64,000 nt of DNA from Gemmatimonadales bacterium (GTDB taxonomy: Bacteria > Gemmatimonadota > Gemmatimonadetes > Gemmatimonadales > GWC2-71-9), in NCBI GenBank assembly GCA_037189525.1, contig JBBCJC010000002.1, positions 1,312,001 to 1,376,000 on the forward strand, read 5' to 3'. This document shows positions 38,499 through 49,694 of this stretch, piece by piece. The notes under the pieces are model-generated. The model saw only the letters and a list, made by a program, of their open reading frames with translations, did not search any database and was not told the origin of the DNA. A program made the translations under genes and the position numbers. Position 1 is the first letter of the stretch; every line of letters starts with the position of its first letter.

Positions 38499-38590
38499 GG
38501 GTCCTCCCAGAGGATCGGCCGCGCTAGCGGGTGACGCAGCCCCCCGGCACTGTCTGTATACCGGATTTTCTAGGGGACTTTCCGTTTCCA
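38499..38590 (+). other. Lambda-like cos packaging site (cosQ-cosN-cosB start)
   Basis: GGGTCCT at 38499-38505, 23-nt spacer, GGGTGACGCAGC at 38529-38540, then ATTTTC and TTTCCGTT; lies just upstream of the Nu1-like gene. Confidence 0.7.
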
Positions 38591-38615
38591 CTCAATCGCA
38601 GGGTTTTGAGGCTTT

Positions 38616-38873
38616 GTGACGGCAAAACAGCAGGAAATTCGTGGACCGTTGCTGGCGCGATTGCTCGGTGTTACGACGCGCACCCTGCATAACCTCCGTA
38701 CCCGGGGAATGCCGCATCGACGGGACGGCCGCGAGGTGTGGTACCCGGTGCCGACTTGCCTGGCCTGGTATTTCCGCTCCGGAGATGGCGCGGCTGCGGC
38801 GCCGGCGCCCACCGTTCGACCGGAAATTCGCCCCATTCCGAAGGCCACCTCGTTTTCGGTGGGAGCCGAATAA
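38616..38873 (+). CDS. Truncated terminase-small-subunit (Nu1) DNA-binding domain, Rpp-like
   Basis: LARLLGVTTRTLHNLRTRGMP...EVWYPVPTCLAWY parallels the lambda Nu1 wHTH; only 85 aa. Confidence 0.7.
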   Translation: MTAKQQEIRGPLLARLLGVTTRTLHNLRTRGMPHRRDGREVWYPVPTCLAWYFRSGDGAAAAPAPTVRPEIRPIPKATSFSVGAE

Positions 38874-39266
38874 GTGGTTCAGCTCGAGCAGCTGCGCGCG
38901 TTGGCAAATGCGCTGCCGGCGGGGACGGCGTTGCCGGTTCCGCGGGAGTGGGTGCTCGAGCTGCTTGACCGGATTGACGGCCAGGTACCGGCGATGGTGT
39001 CGACGTCGGCCGATCTCACGGTTTCGGACTTGGCGGGGCGGTTCAACCGATCGCCGTCGACGGTACGCTGGTGGATCGAATGCGGCCGCTTCGTCGGGGC
39101 CTATCGGCTGCGGGGCAGGGAATGGCGGGTTCCGCCGGCGGTGCTGCAGGCCTTCGAAGAGGCGGAGCGCTCGGCAGCACCGCGAGGTCCGGCAAATCCC
39201 GATCCGACACCGCGACGGTCACGGGGGAAGGTTGTAGACCTGGGCGACTGGCGGAAGGTAGGTTAA
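38874..39266 (+). CDS. Excisionase-like HTH_17 protein
   Basis: LTVSDLAGRFNRSPSTVRWWIECG...GAYRLRGREWRVP; adjacent to the integrase. Confidence 0.8.
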   Translation: MVQLEQLRALANALPAGTALPVPREWVLELLDRIDGQVPAMVSTSADLTVSDLAGRFNRSPSTVRWWIECGRFVGAYRLRGREWRVPPAVLQAFEEAERSAAPRGPANPDPTPRRSRGKVVDLGDWRKVG

Positions 39267-39270
39267 GGCG

Positions 39271-40734
39271 ATGATGACGCCTCGGAAGCGACAGTCGCGG
39301 GTCTACTGGCGAGTGCGAAGCGGCACCCGCCGCGCGTACGGGGATTTCCGCGACTATGCCGACGTCGGGGGAAAGCTCGAGCCGTTGATTCCGATTGGGG
39401 AACGGTTTGCAACGACGGATCCGGATCTCGCGCTGCGGCTGGCGCTGCGCCGTTTGGAAGAGCTCGAGGCAGCCCGGAAACGGCGAGCGATCACCGGGAA
39501 GGCCGATGTGATCACGCTGGCCGAGTATGCCCGCGACTATCTGATCGCCAAAAGGAAAACGGGGAATGTGACGACCGGCTGGCTGGCCGCGTGTCAGAAG
39601 TTCCTTGAGCGCGCTGTGGCCTTCCTGGGTGCTGATCGACCACTCGATGAGGTCCGGGTTTCGGATGTGCGCGCCTGGTCGGCCCATCTCCTGACGCATG
39701 TCGAGCTGCCGCGCACGGGGCCGAATGCCCCGAAGAACAAGGCGCCCAAGTCGCTGTCGCCGGACAGCGTTAGGCGGCACCTGTTCACCCTGTCGAACCT
39801 ATACCGGTTTGCGCAGGAGGCAGAGCACGTGCCTCCTGGTTTCAATCCGGTTGCCTCGTTCGCGGACAAGCCGCCCAAGCCGCAGCGGTCGGCGGCCTGG
39901 TTGGAAGCGCCCGATGTCGCGTTGCTGCTGGAGAGTGCCCGCACCGTACAAACCGTGGCCACGCCATTCGCGGAGGGCTTCGATGCCGGCTTTGTTCATC
40001 CTCTCCTCGCGACGCTTGCGCTGACGGGTGGCCGCCGTGGGGAAGTGCTGGGGCTAGAGCTCGATGATGTGAGCCTCGACCGCCGGACGATCACCTTCCG
40101 AGCCAATCGGTGGCGTGATCGTCTCAAAACGGGGGCGTCCTGGCGCACGGTGCCGCTGTGGCCGCAGCTCGAGGGGATTCTCCGCCCCTACCTGTTCGGC
40201 CCGCGCCTGCTGCGGGGTGGTTCGCTGCTGTTCCCGTCGTTCGTCGCTGGCCGCGAGCAGCCGCTGCGGGAGATTCGGCCGATGCTCGACCGGGTGGCGA
40301 TGCGAGCTGGCTGGAAGGCCCGTGAGATCAACGCCCGGATGTTCCGTCACGCCTACTGCGCAGCTCGCCTCCAGACCCTGGACCACGGGGCGCCGGTCAG
40401 CGTGTACACTGTGAGCCGCGAGCTGGGCCACGGGTCAACGGATATGGTTGAGAAAGTGTATTCGCACTTGGGGACCGTGCGGCATCGGTCGGAGGAGGTT
40501 GAGTTCCGAATCGAGCAACACTTCGAGGTCCTGGGCCAGCGGCTCGAAGGCCTGCCGTTTGTTACCCGGAACGTTACCGGCGAACACTCGTTGACCGCAA
40601 AAGATGAAGCCCCGCCGAGCATAACGTTCGACGAGGCTTCACTTTATGATCAGTCGGGGCGCCGGGATTTGAACCCGGGACCTCTTGCTCCCGAAGCAAG
40701 CGCGCTACCAGGCTGCGCTACGCCCCGTCACTGA
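39271..40734 (+). CDS. Tyrosine recombinase/integrase
   Basis: TGGRRGEVLGL (R), LKT, RMFRH, ELGH, VYSH (Y); the ORF runs through the att site and antisense tRNA-Pro. Confidence 0.93.
   Translation: MMTPRKRQSRVYWRVRSGTRRAYGDFRDYADVGGKLEPLIPIGERFATTDPDLALRLALRRLEELEAARKRRAITGKADVITLAEYARDYLIAKRKTGNVTTGWLAACQKFLERAVAFLGADRPLDEVRVSDVRAWSAHLLTHVELPRTGPNAPKNKAPKSLSPDSVRRHLFTLSNLYRFAQEAEHVPPGFNPVASFADKPPKPQRSAAWLEAPDVALLLESARTVQTVATPFAEGFDAGFVHPLLATLALTGGRRGEVLGLELDDVSLDRRTITFRANRWRDRLKTGASWRTVPLWPQLEGILRPYLFGPRLLRGGSLLFPSFVAGREQPLREIRPMLDRVAMRAGWKAREINARMFRHAYCAARLQTLDHGAPVSVYTVSRELGHGSTDMVEKVYSHLGTVRHRSEEVEFRIEQHFEVLGQRLEGLPFVTRNVTGEHSLTAKDEAPPSITFDEASLYDQSGRRDLNPGPLAPEASALPGCATPRH
40558..40578. 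repeat. Putative integrase arm-type site (within int)
   Basis: Identical to 23136-23156. Confidence 0.7.
40606..40640 (-). terminator. Element-supplied terminator for the tRNA operon
   Basis: Hairpin homologous to 22943-22977; pairs via G-U only on the minus-strand RNA; followed by AUCUUUU. Confidence 0.65.
40647..40695. repeat. att direct repeat overlapping intact tRNA-Pro
   Basis: 48/49 identical to 22984-23032. Confidence 0.95.
40654..40727 (-). tRNA. tRNA-Pro(CGG)
   Basis: CGGGGCG acceptor stem, CTTGC-TT-CGG-GA-GCAAG. Confidence 0.95.
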
Positions 40735-40772
40735 CTCACCTGCATCCTGGTTCACTACACCTGCATACCGCA

Positions 40773-40846
<74 letters not shown>

Positions 40847-40896
40847 TCACTACTCTCGGGACGAGCCGATCAACTGGCGGGCCCTCGACATCCCAG

Positions 40897-40970
<74 letters not shown>

Positions 40971-41098
40971 TAACGTCACTCGCGGAACTGCCCCTCACGC
41001 GAGACGGACAGCGGTCTGACGAATCGGCAGCGCCGTGAACCAGCGGTGGTCACAGGTGCAGCCGTCCGACTGTCCGACTGTCCGTCTTCCAACTGCCA

Positions 41099-41172
41099 TG
41101 GCGGGGGTGGGATTTGAACCCACGACCTCCGGGTTATGAGCCCGGCGAGCTACCAGACTGCTCCACCCCGCG
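41099..41172 (-). tRNA. tRNA-fMet(CAT), initiator
   Basis: Unpaired C1, GGG/CCC anticodon stem, CAT anticodon. Confidence 0.93.
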
Positions 41173-41278
41173 TCGTCCGTTGCCAGCCTCGAATCGACCC
41201 GAGCCGGCGGATTTCTCGACACCCCCAGGGTGTCACTTCTCAATCGAGTGAACCGTCCGTCCGATTCATCGACCCCAG

Positions 41279-41351
41279 AGCGGGAAACGGGACTCGAACC
41301 CGCGACCCCAACCTTGGCAAGGTTGTGCTCTACCAACTGAGCTATTCCCGC
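41279..41351 (-). tRNA. tRNA-Gly(GCC)
   Basis: AACC-TT-GCC-AA-GGTT. Confidence 0.95.
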
Positions 41352-41438
41352 GCGTCCAGCGGGCACCCAACGTACCATCGGGTGCTTCCATTAGCAACCG
41401 TATCGGCTACCGCCCGAACGGGCTTCCGACCCGGTCAA

Positions 41439-41511
41439 TGGAGACGAGGGGGATCGAACCCCTGACCTCGTGAATGCCATTCACGCGCTCTCCCAACTGA
41501 GCTACGTCCCC
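41439..41511 (-). tRNA. tRNA-Ala(GGC)
   Basis: G3-U70 pair, GTGA-AT-GGC-AT-TCAC. Confidence 0.95.
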
Positions 41512-41553
41512 GGTCTTGTACCCGCTCGCGCCGCGCTTATGTTGGAGCAAAGC

Positions 41554-41583
41554 AAGCTAGCATGTCCGGCGGAGACATGTCAA
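41554..41583 (-). promoter_or_regulatory. Sigma70 promoter of the tRNA operon
   Basis: TTGACA-N18-TAGCTT with extended TGn. Confidence 0.6.
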
Positions 41584-41795
41584 GCGAAACTCATGCCGTT
41601 TCCCTCGTAGATCACCGATCGGCACATGGCCTGGACCAACCCCCGAAATTGCCATACTGGCAGGTCCGCCGCCGAGACGGACACGCACCGGTCGCCAGGC
41701 GTCGCGCGACCGGATGCCCTCCGCATAGTGACCGCCAATGATCGGGATACACGCAAGCTGCGCAACGGCGAAACCGTCTGCGCGAACGTGATCGC

Positions 41796-42557
41796 GTGAG
41801 CACCCGCCTCGATCTCGCCGGCGTCGCACAACTGGGCTTCATCCGTCGGACCGGCCGATGGGCCATCGATGCCTCCCGCGCGCTGGCCATGCCCCGGGTC
41901 TGGTTGCCCCAGGTCGCCGTCAACATGCGGCGGCTCGGCGTCGACTCGATTCCGATTGCGCTCTTTCTGGCCATCTTCACGGGGATCGTCCTCGCGCTGC
42001 TCGCGTCGTACATCTTCACCGGCGCCGTGCCGCTCTACTTCGTCGGCGCGCTGGTTGCCAAGACGATCATGATGGAACTGGGTCCCGTACTGACCGGCAT
42101 GGCGCTGGCCGGTCGCGTCGGCGCCAACATCGCCGCGGAACTCGGTACCATGAAGGTGACCGAACAGGTCGACGCGCTCGAAACGCTGGCGGTCGACGTG
42201 CACGCCTATCTCGTGGTCCCGCGCGCCGTGGCGGCCACGTTGATGTTTCCCGTCGTGACGGCGATGGCCATCGGGGTCGGCGTCATTTCCGGCTGGATCA
42301 CCGCGACCAATCTGCTCGACCTCTCGACCCCCGAGTTCTTCAAGGGCGTGCGTCAGTTCTATCAGTTCAAGGACATCTGGTTCGGCTTGGTCAAGAGCGC
42401 CAGCTTCGGCTGCGCCGTCGCGGTCATGGGCGCCCTGACCGGCCTGCGCACCCAGGGCGGCGCCGAAGGGGTCGGTCGCTCCACCACCCGGGCCGTGGTG
42501 CTCGGATGCCAGGCCATCCTAGTGCTCGATGCGTTCTGGGCATTGGTTCTGCTGTGA
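41796..42557 (+). CDS. mlaE: MlaE-family ABC permease
   Basis: ELGPVLTG, AELGTMKVTEQVDAL, GAEGVGRSTTRAVV. Confidence 0.92.
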   Translation: MSTRLDLAGVAQLGFIRRTGRWAIDASRALAMPRVWLPQVAVNMRRLGVDSIPIALFLAIFTGIVLALLASYIFTGAVPLYFVGALVAKTIMMELGPVLTGMALAGRVGANIAAELGTMKVTEQVDALETLAVDVHAYLVVPRAVAATLMFPVVTAMAIGVGVISGWITATNLLDLSTPEFFKGVRQFYQFKDIWFGLVKSASFGCAVAVMGALTGLRTQGGAEGVGRSTTRAVVLGCQAILVLDAFWALVLL

Positions 42558-42567
42558 TGCCGCGCCG

Positions 42568-43290
42568 ATGATCCGATTCACCCATGTCAGCAAAGCGTTC
42601 GGCCCCAAACGGGTGCTCGAAGACGTTTCGCTCGAGATCCCGGACGGACAGACCACGGCCCTGCTCGGGTATTCGGGTACCGGCAAGAGCGTGGCACTCA
42701 AGCTGATCGTCGGCCTGCTCGAGCCGGATGCCGGCACCGTCGAGGTCAACGGCCAGGTGGTGGCGGACCTCTCCCGCCAGGAACTGATGGCGCTTCGGTC
42801 CACCATCGGGTTCGTCTTCCAGTTTGCCGCCCTGTTCGACTCCATGACCGTGTTCGACAACGTGGCTCTGGGCCTCCGCCAGCAGCGCGTCCCGGAGACC
42901 GACGTGACCGCGCGTGTCCAGGCCAGCCTCGAGCGGGTCGGTCTGGCGGATGCGGCCGAGCGATTCCCGAGCGAACTCTCCGGCGGGATGCGGAAGCGGG
43001 TGGGGATTGCCCGGGCGATTGCGCTCGAGCCTCGCTACATTTTGTACGATGAGCCGACCACCGGTCTGGACCCGGTGACGTCGGCGGTGATCGACGACCT
43101 GATGGTGCGGACAAAGCGCGACCTCGGTGTGACGGGCGTGATGGTGACGCACGACATGCGCAGCGCGTTTGCCGTGGCCGATCGGATCGCGATGCTGTAC
43201 CAGGGACGGATCCACGCCGTCGGCACCGTGGACGAAATTCGGCGGACCGACGACCCGATCGTCCGCCAGTTCATCGAAGGACGGCCATGA
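42568..43290 (+). CDS. mlaF: MlaF-family ABC ATPase
   Basis: GYSGTGKS, FQFAALFDSM, LSGGMRKR, YDEPTTGLDP. Confidence 0.92.
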   Translation: MIRFTHVSKAFGPKRVLEDVSLEIPDGQTTALLGYSGTGKSVALKLIVGLLEPDAGTVEVNGQVVADLSRQELMALRSTIGFVFQFAALFDSMTVFDNVALGLRQQRVPETDVTARVQASLERVGLADAAERFPSELSGGMRKRVGIARAIALEPRYILYDEPTTGLDPVTSAVIDDLMVRTKRDLGVTGVMVTHDMRSAFAVADRIAMLYQGRIHAVGTVDEIRRTDDPIVRQFIEGRP

Positions 43291-44294
43291 AGCGACAGAA
43301 TGAATTCCTGGTCGGTATTTCCGTGATCATCGCGTTTGCCGCGGTGGTGGGCGGAGCCATCTGGCTTTCCGAGAGCGACCTGGGCAATCCGCAGGAGATC
43401 TCCACCGTCCGCTTTCGCGAAGTCGGCGGGCTCGGCGTCGGCGCGCCCGTCACGGTGCGCGGCGTCAAAGTCGGGCGCGTCAATGCCATCCGGCTCGCCG
43501 CCAACGACTGGGTCGAAGCCGATCTGCGCATCGGCGCCGATGTGATCCTGCCCAAACGTCCCGTGGCGATCGCCGCCTCCGGCAGCCTCTTCGGCGAATG
43601 GCAAGTGACGGTGGTCGACTTCGATGCCACGCCGCTCGACCCGGCGCTCCGCCAGCAGCTGACGGAGTCCGGCGCACCTGGCGGCGCTGCATGGCCCGGC
43701 GCCACGCTGCCCGATATCGGCCAGCTGACTCAGCAGGCCAGCCGGATTGCCTCCGACATCGGTCTGGTGACCAACCGGGTGTCCGGCGCGCTCGATTCCG
43801 CCGCCGTCACCGATGTGCGCCAGAGCCTACGCGCCTTGCGGGAGGCGGCCGACGGTCTGGCCCAATTTGCCCGCCAGCAGACCGGACCGTTCAATCAGCT
43901 GGCCAACAACCTCGCGGCCACCTCGGTCGAGGTCGGCGCCGCGTCGGAACGGGTCAACACGCTGCTCGGTCGCGTCGACGAAGCCACCAAAGACGGCCAG
44001 CTCGCCACCATTCTCAACTCGGCGCAGTCGACCATGGGCGACCTCCGTTCGGCCTCGAACGACGCCAAGGAACTGGTCGCCGTGATCCGCGGGCACGAAC
44101 AGACGCTGAGCCGGATCATGCAGACCACCGATACGCTGCTCACCAAGGTGCAGACGGGCCAGGGAAGTCTCGGCCTGCTCGCCCGCGATTCGTCGTTGTA
44201 CCTGGAGACGACCGCTGCCATTGCCCAGATGCGGCAGCTGCTGGCGGATATCCAGGCCAATCCGCGCCGCTACTTCCGCTTCTCGGTCTTCTGA
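43287..44294 (+). CDS. mlaD: MlaD/MCE-family protein
   Basis: N-terminal [21 protein letters not shown]-terminal NPRRYF. Confidence 0.88.
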   Translation: MKRQNEFLVGISVIIAFAAVVGGAIWLSESDLGNPQEISTVRFREVGGLGVGAPVTVRGVKVGRVNAIRLAANDWVEADLRIGADVILPKRPVAIAASGSLFGEWQVTVVDFDATPLDPALRQQLTESGAPGGAAWPGATLPDIGQLTQQASRIASDIGLVTNRVSGALDSAAVTDVRQSLRALREAADGLAQFARQQTGPFNQLANNLAATSVEVGAASERVNTLLGRVDEATKDGQLATILNSAQSTMGDLRSASNDAKELVAVIRGHEQTLSRIMQTTDTLLTKVQTGQGSLGLLARDSSLYLETTAAIAQMRQLLADIQANPRRYFRFSVF

Positions 44295-44296
44295 GC

Positions 44297-44794
44297 ATGG
44301 CCGACGCGCCACGCTCGGAATCCCGGTCCGGTCAGGGCCGCGCCCGTCGCGCCAAGAAGGAAGTGAGCGCGGGGGGAGTGGTCTTTCGCCGCAGCGGGCA
44401 GGGGCCGCGCTTCCTGCTGATTCGCGATAGCTACGGACACTGGGGCTTTCCCAAGGGCCATCTGGAGCCGGGAGAAACCCCCGCCGAAGCCGCCATCCGG
44501 GAAACGACCGAGGAAACCGGGCTTGAGACGCTGGTGCTCCACCGGCCCCTCGACACGATCGACTGGTATTTCCGGCTGCGCGGCAAGCTAATCCATAAGT
44601 TCTGTCATTTCTTTCTGCTCGAGTCCGAGGCCGGCGATCCCACGCCGCAACAGGACGAGGGAATCACCGAATGCGCCTGGTACTCGCTCGACGAGGCCGT
44701 GGCCGCCATCGGATACCAGAACGCCCGCAGCGTGCTGCGCGGCGCCGGCGAGGCGACCCGCGCCGTGCTGGAAGGACCCGGGCAGGAACGCTGA
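44297..44794 (+). CDS. NUDIX hydrolase (Ap4A hydrolase-like)
   Basis: Nudix box [24 protein letters not shown]. Confidence 0.9.
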   Translation: MADAPRSESRSGQGRARRAKKEVSAGGVVFRRSGQGPRFLLIRDSYGHWGFPKGHLEPGETPAEAAIRETTEETGLETLVLHRPLDTIDWYFRLRGKLIHKFCHFFLLESEAGDPTPQQDEGITECAWYSLDEAVAAIGYQNARSVLRGAGEATRAVLEGPGQER

Positions 44795-44840
44795 CGCCTG
44801 CCGGCACATCACAGGCGAGCCAACGAGGCGATAGCTGCGG

Positions 44841-45623
44841 ATGCGCGTCGTGAATACGGTAGCCACGCTGCTGGACACTTCCGCCGCGCTGCAGTCGCTG
44901 CGCCGATCGCTGCCGGTGCGACGGACCAAAGTGCGCGGCTGCCGTTCCGCTAGCGCTCTGCTCGGCTTGCTCGAATCCACTCTGGTCGACGCCGTCGTGG
45001 TCGGCACCGCAGCCTACCGGCGCGACGGGCTCGCGGCACTCCGGGCCCGGTTTCCCAACATCCCGATCGTGCTCTTCGGCGCGGTTCGCCCCGATGATGC
45101 CCGCATGCTGGTCGAGGCAGGGCGATCGGAATCCATTCGCGGTGTCCTGGTCGAGGGCGTCGACGACCCCATGGCGGGTGAACTGGTTGCCCGGTCTGGC
45201 TATCTGGCCACTCGGCGGACGCGCCTGGCGCATCTCCCCAAGCTGCTTCGGCTGACCGAACCCCTCCAGTTGCGGGCCTTCGAACTGCTCCTGTCGGCCG
45301 CAGGCCCTCCACCTACAACTGACGGACTGGCCGCCGCCCTGGGCGTGAGCCGAGAACACCTGTCGCGGCAGTTCGCCGCCGGGGGGGCGCCTAATCTCAA
45401 GCGGATCATAGGCTTACTCGTCGTGCTCACGGCCCGTGACCTGCTGGCCAACCCGGGGTATTCGCCTGCCTCGGTCGCCGCCCTGCTCGGGTTCGGCCGG
45501 CCCGGGCAACTTCGCGACACGGTCGATCGGGTAGCTGGCCTGTCCCTAGATGATTTGAGCCGCCCCGATGCGCCCGACCCGATCCGCCGTTTTCTGGGCG
45601 CCAGATCCCGCAGCCGCCGCTAA
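44841..45623 (+). CDS. AraC-family HTH regulator
   Basis: LAAALGVSREHLSRQF and VAALLGF double HTH. Confidence 0.75.
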   Translation: MRVVNTVATLLDTSAALQSLRRSLPVRRTKVRGCRSASALLGLLESTLVDAVVVGTAAYRRDGLAALRARFPNIPIVLFGAVRPDDARMLVEAGRSESIRGVLVEGVDDPMAGELVARSGYLATRRTRLAHLPKLLRLTEPLQLRAFELLLSAAGPPPTTDGLAAALGVSREHLSRQFAAGGAPNLKRIIGLLVVLTARDLLANPGYSPASVAALLGFGRPGQLRDTVDRVAGLSLDDLSRPDAPDPIRRFLGARSRSRR

Positions 45624-45719
45624 GATTCTGCCCCGGTCGGCTTGCAAGTCCGGAGGATTGTGATATTTTTCACAAGCTATACTCTGACTTGACCAAATCA
45701 TCTCAACGCACTGACGACG

Positions 45720-47297
45720 ATGGCCACAGAATCCACGCTGCGACCCGGTGAAATCAAGGACATCCTCCTCAAGGAGATCGCGGCTGCCGACCTGGGATCG
45801 GTCGATACGGCTGAGGTCGGAACCACGCTGGAGGTGCGTGACGGGGTAGCCCGGGTCTACGGACTCCGCTCCGCCGTTGCGGGTGAAATGCTCGAGTTCA
45901 CTTCGGCCGGGACGGGCGAAGTCGTCACGGGTCTGGTGCTCAACCTGGAGCAGGACAACGTCGGCGCCGTCATTCTGGGCGATTACCTCAAGCTCAAAGA
46001 GGGCGACCAGGTCCGCTGCACCGGCCGCCTCCTTGAGGTGCCCACCGGCGACGCCATGCTCGGTCGCGTCGTCAACGCACTGGGCCAGCCGGTCGACGGC
46101 CGAGGCCCGATTGCGACCAAGACGACCCGTCCGGTCGAGATGATCGCCCCGGGCATCATCGTGCGTCAGCCGGTGAAAGAGCCGCTTCAGACCGGGCTCA
46201 AGGCCGTCGACTCGATGATTCCGATCGGGCGCGGTCAGCGCGAGCTGATCATCGGCGACCGCGGCACCGGTAAGACGGCCATCGCGATCGATACGATCAT
46301 CAATCAGAAGGGCCAGGGCGTCGTCTGCGTCTACGTCGCGATCGGGCAGAAGCGCTCGACCGTGGCTACCGTGGTGGAACGTCTCAAGGCTGCCGGCGCG
46401 ATGGAGTACACCATCGTCGTCGTTGCCTCCGCCTCCGATCCGGCGCCGCTCCAGTACATCGCGCCCTATACCGGTTGCGCGCTGGCTGAGCACTTCATGT
46501 ACGAAGACGGCAAGCCGACGCTCTGCGTCTACGACGACTTGTCCAAGCAGGCCGCTGCGTACCGTCAGCTCTCCCTGATTCTCCGCCGCCCGCCGGGCCG
46601 CGAAGCCTATCCGGGTGACGTCTTCTACCTGCACAGTCGCTTGCTCGAGCGCGCCGCCAAGATCTCGGAAGATCCGAACGTCGTGAAGCTCGACAGCCGG
46701 ATCAAGAAGCCGGGCGGATCGCTCACCGCGTTGCCGATCATCGAAACCCAGGCCGGCGACGTCTCGGCGTACATCCCGACCAACGTGATTTCGATTACGG
46801 ACGGTCAGATCTACCTGACGACCGACCTCTTCTTCTCCAACGTGCGCCCCGCCGTCGACGCCGGTATCTCGGTCAGTCGTGTCGGTGGTAACGCGCAGAT
46901 CAAGGCGATGAAGCAGGTGGCCGGTCCGCTCCGGTTGGCGCTGGCGCAGTTCCGCGAACTCGAAGCGTTTGCGCAGTTCGGCTCCGATCTCGATCAGGCC
47001 ACGCAGCGGCAGCTGGCGCGCGGCGCCCGGCTGGTCGAAATCTTCAAGCAGCCCCAGTACCAGCCGATGCCGGTCGAGCAGCAGGTCGTGATCATCTACG
47101 CGGTGACCAACGGCCATCTCGATTCGGTCGACGTCAAGCACGTGCGGCAGTGGGAGCGGGACTTCCTGGCCTACGTCGGTGCACAGCACGGCGGCATCTT
47201 CGAGACGATTCGCACCAAGAAGACGCTCGATGATTCCCAGAAGGCCCAGATCGAGCAGGCCATCGCATCGTTCAAGCCGCTCTTCAAGCCTGAATAA
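45720..47297 (+). CDS. atpA: F1 ATP synthase alpha subunit
   Basis: [29 protein letters not shown]. Confidence 0.98.
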   Translation: MATESTLRPGEIKDILLKEIAAADLGSVDTAEVGTTLEVRDGVARVYGLRSAVAGEMLEFTSAGTGEVVTGLVLNLEQDNVGAVILGDYLKLKEGDQVRCTGRLLEVPTGDAMLGRVVNALGQPVDGRGPIATKTTRPVEMIAPGIIVRQPVKEPLQTGLKAVDSMIPIGRGQRELIIGDRGTGKTAIAIDTIINQKGQGVVCVYVAIGQKRSTVATVVERLKAAGAMEYTIVVVASASDPAPLQYIAPYTGCALAEHFMYEDGKPTLCVYDDLSKQAAAYRQLSLILRRPPGREAYPGDVFYLHSRLLERAAKISEDPNVVKLDSRIKKPGGSLTALPIIETQAGDVSAYIPTNVISITDGQIYLTTDLFFSNVRPAVDAGISVSRVGGNAQIKAMKQVAGPLRLALAQFRELEAFAQFGSDLDQATQRQLARGARLVEIFKQPQYQPMPVEQQVVIIYAVTNGHLDSVDVKHVRQWERDFLAYVGAQHGGIFETIRTKKTLDDSQKAQIEQAIASFKPLFKPE

Positions 47298-48172
47298 TGT
47301 CCAAGAATCGGCAGCTCAAGGGCCGGATGCGGGCGGTTCAGAATACCCGCAAGATCACCCGGACGATGGAGCTGGTCGCGACGTCGAAGCTGAAGCGCGC
47401 CCAGGACCGCGTCATCGCGGCGCGCCCGTACGCGGAAGCGTTGCGTGAGGTGATTGCCGACCTGATGACGCCGGAGTTGGCGGAACGGTTTCCGCTGCTG
47501 CGCCGTCCGGCGCCGCCTGCGCAGGGCGGGCCGGTGCGCGCGGCGGTGGTCCTGGTCACCGCCAATCGCGGCCTGGCCGGCGCCTTCAACAGCAATCTGA
47601 TCAAGGAAGCCCGGCGCCGGATTGCCGAGCTGGAAGAGCAGGGCTACACCGTCGAGCTGCACGCGGTGGGGAAGAAGGGCGCCGGGTACTTCAAGTATCT
47701 CGGTCGTACGCTGGCTGCGGATCGGCAGGACGTCGGCGACAAGCCGACGGCCGACCACGCCGCGAGCATCGTCGAGGGACTGATTGCCGATTATGAGGCC
47801 GGCAAACTCGCCAGCGTCGATCTGGTGCACGCCAAGTTCGTGAGCGCGATCTCGACTCCGCCGACGACCACCCGGGTGCTCCCGGTCGAGGCGCCGACCG
47901 ATCAGAAGGTGCGGCCGGATTACATCCTCGAGCCGGGCCCGGACGAGATCCTCGAGAAGCTGCTGCCGCTTTACGTCAGGAACTCGGTCTATCGCGGCCT
48001 GGTCGAAACAGTGGCCGGGTTCTACGGTTCGCAGCGGACCGCGATGAAGAACGCGACCGATAACGCCGGTGAAATTCTCGAGCATTTGAAGCGGACCTTC
48101 AACCGCAACCGTCAGGCGCAGATCACGCAGGAAATCGCGGAGATCGTCGGCGGCGCAGCGGCGTTGGGCTGA
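47297..48172 (+). CDS. atpG: F1 ATP synthase gamma subunit
   Basis: KITRTMELVA, RGLAGAFN, RQAQITQEIAEIVGG. Confidence 0.97.
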   Translation: MSKNRQLKGRMRAVQNTRKITRTMELVATSKLKRAQDRVIAARPYAEALREVIADLMTPELAERFPLLRRPAPPAQGGPVRAAVVLVTANRGLAGAFNSNLIKEARRRIAELEEQGYTVELHAVGKKGAGYFKYLGRTLAADRQDVGDKPTADHAASIVEGLIADYEAGKLASVDLVHAKFVSAISTPPTTTRVLPVEAPTDQKVRPDYILEPGPDEILEKLLPLYVRNSVYRGLVETVAGFYGSQRTAMKNATDNAGEILEHLKRTFNRNRQAQITQEIAEIVGGAAALG

Positions 48173-48209
48173 TCTCACATACGGAGCAGCTACGGTGCGA
48201 TCGGTGTGA

Positions 48210-49693
<1,484 letters not shown>

Positions 49694-49694
<1 letters not shown>

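Larger units (their letters stand above)
22984..40695. mobile_element. 17.66-kb tRNA-Pro-integrated phage satellite-like element
   Basis: 49-bp direct repeats, integrase, xis, rep/ori, cos, partial morphogenesis genes; left part visibly less GC-rich than host. Confidence 0.9.

Noticed and set aside
22984..40695. Complete prophage or ICE
   Set aside because: No recognisable major capsid, portal, TerL, tail tube, lysis, relaxase or T4SS genes, and only 17.7 kb.
41001..41087. Additional tRNA/ncRNA between tRNA-Val and tRNA-fMet
   Set aside because: Only an imperfect inverted repeat with short TGTCCGAC repeats; no cloverleaf.
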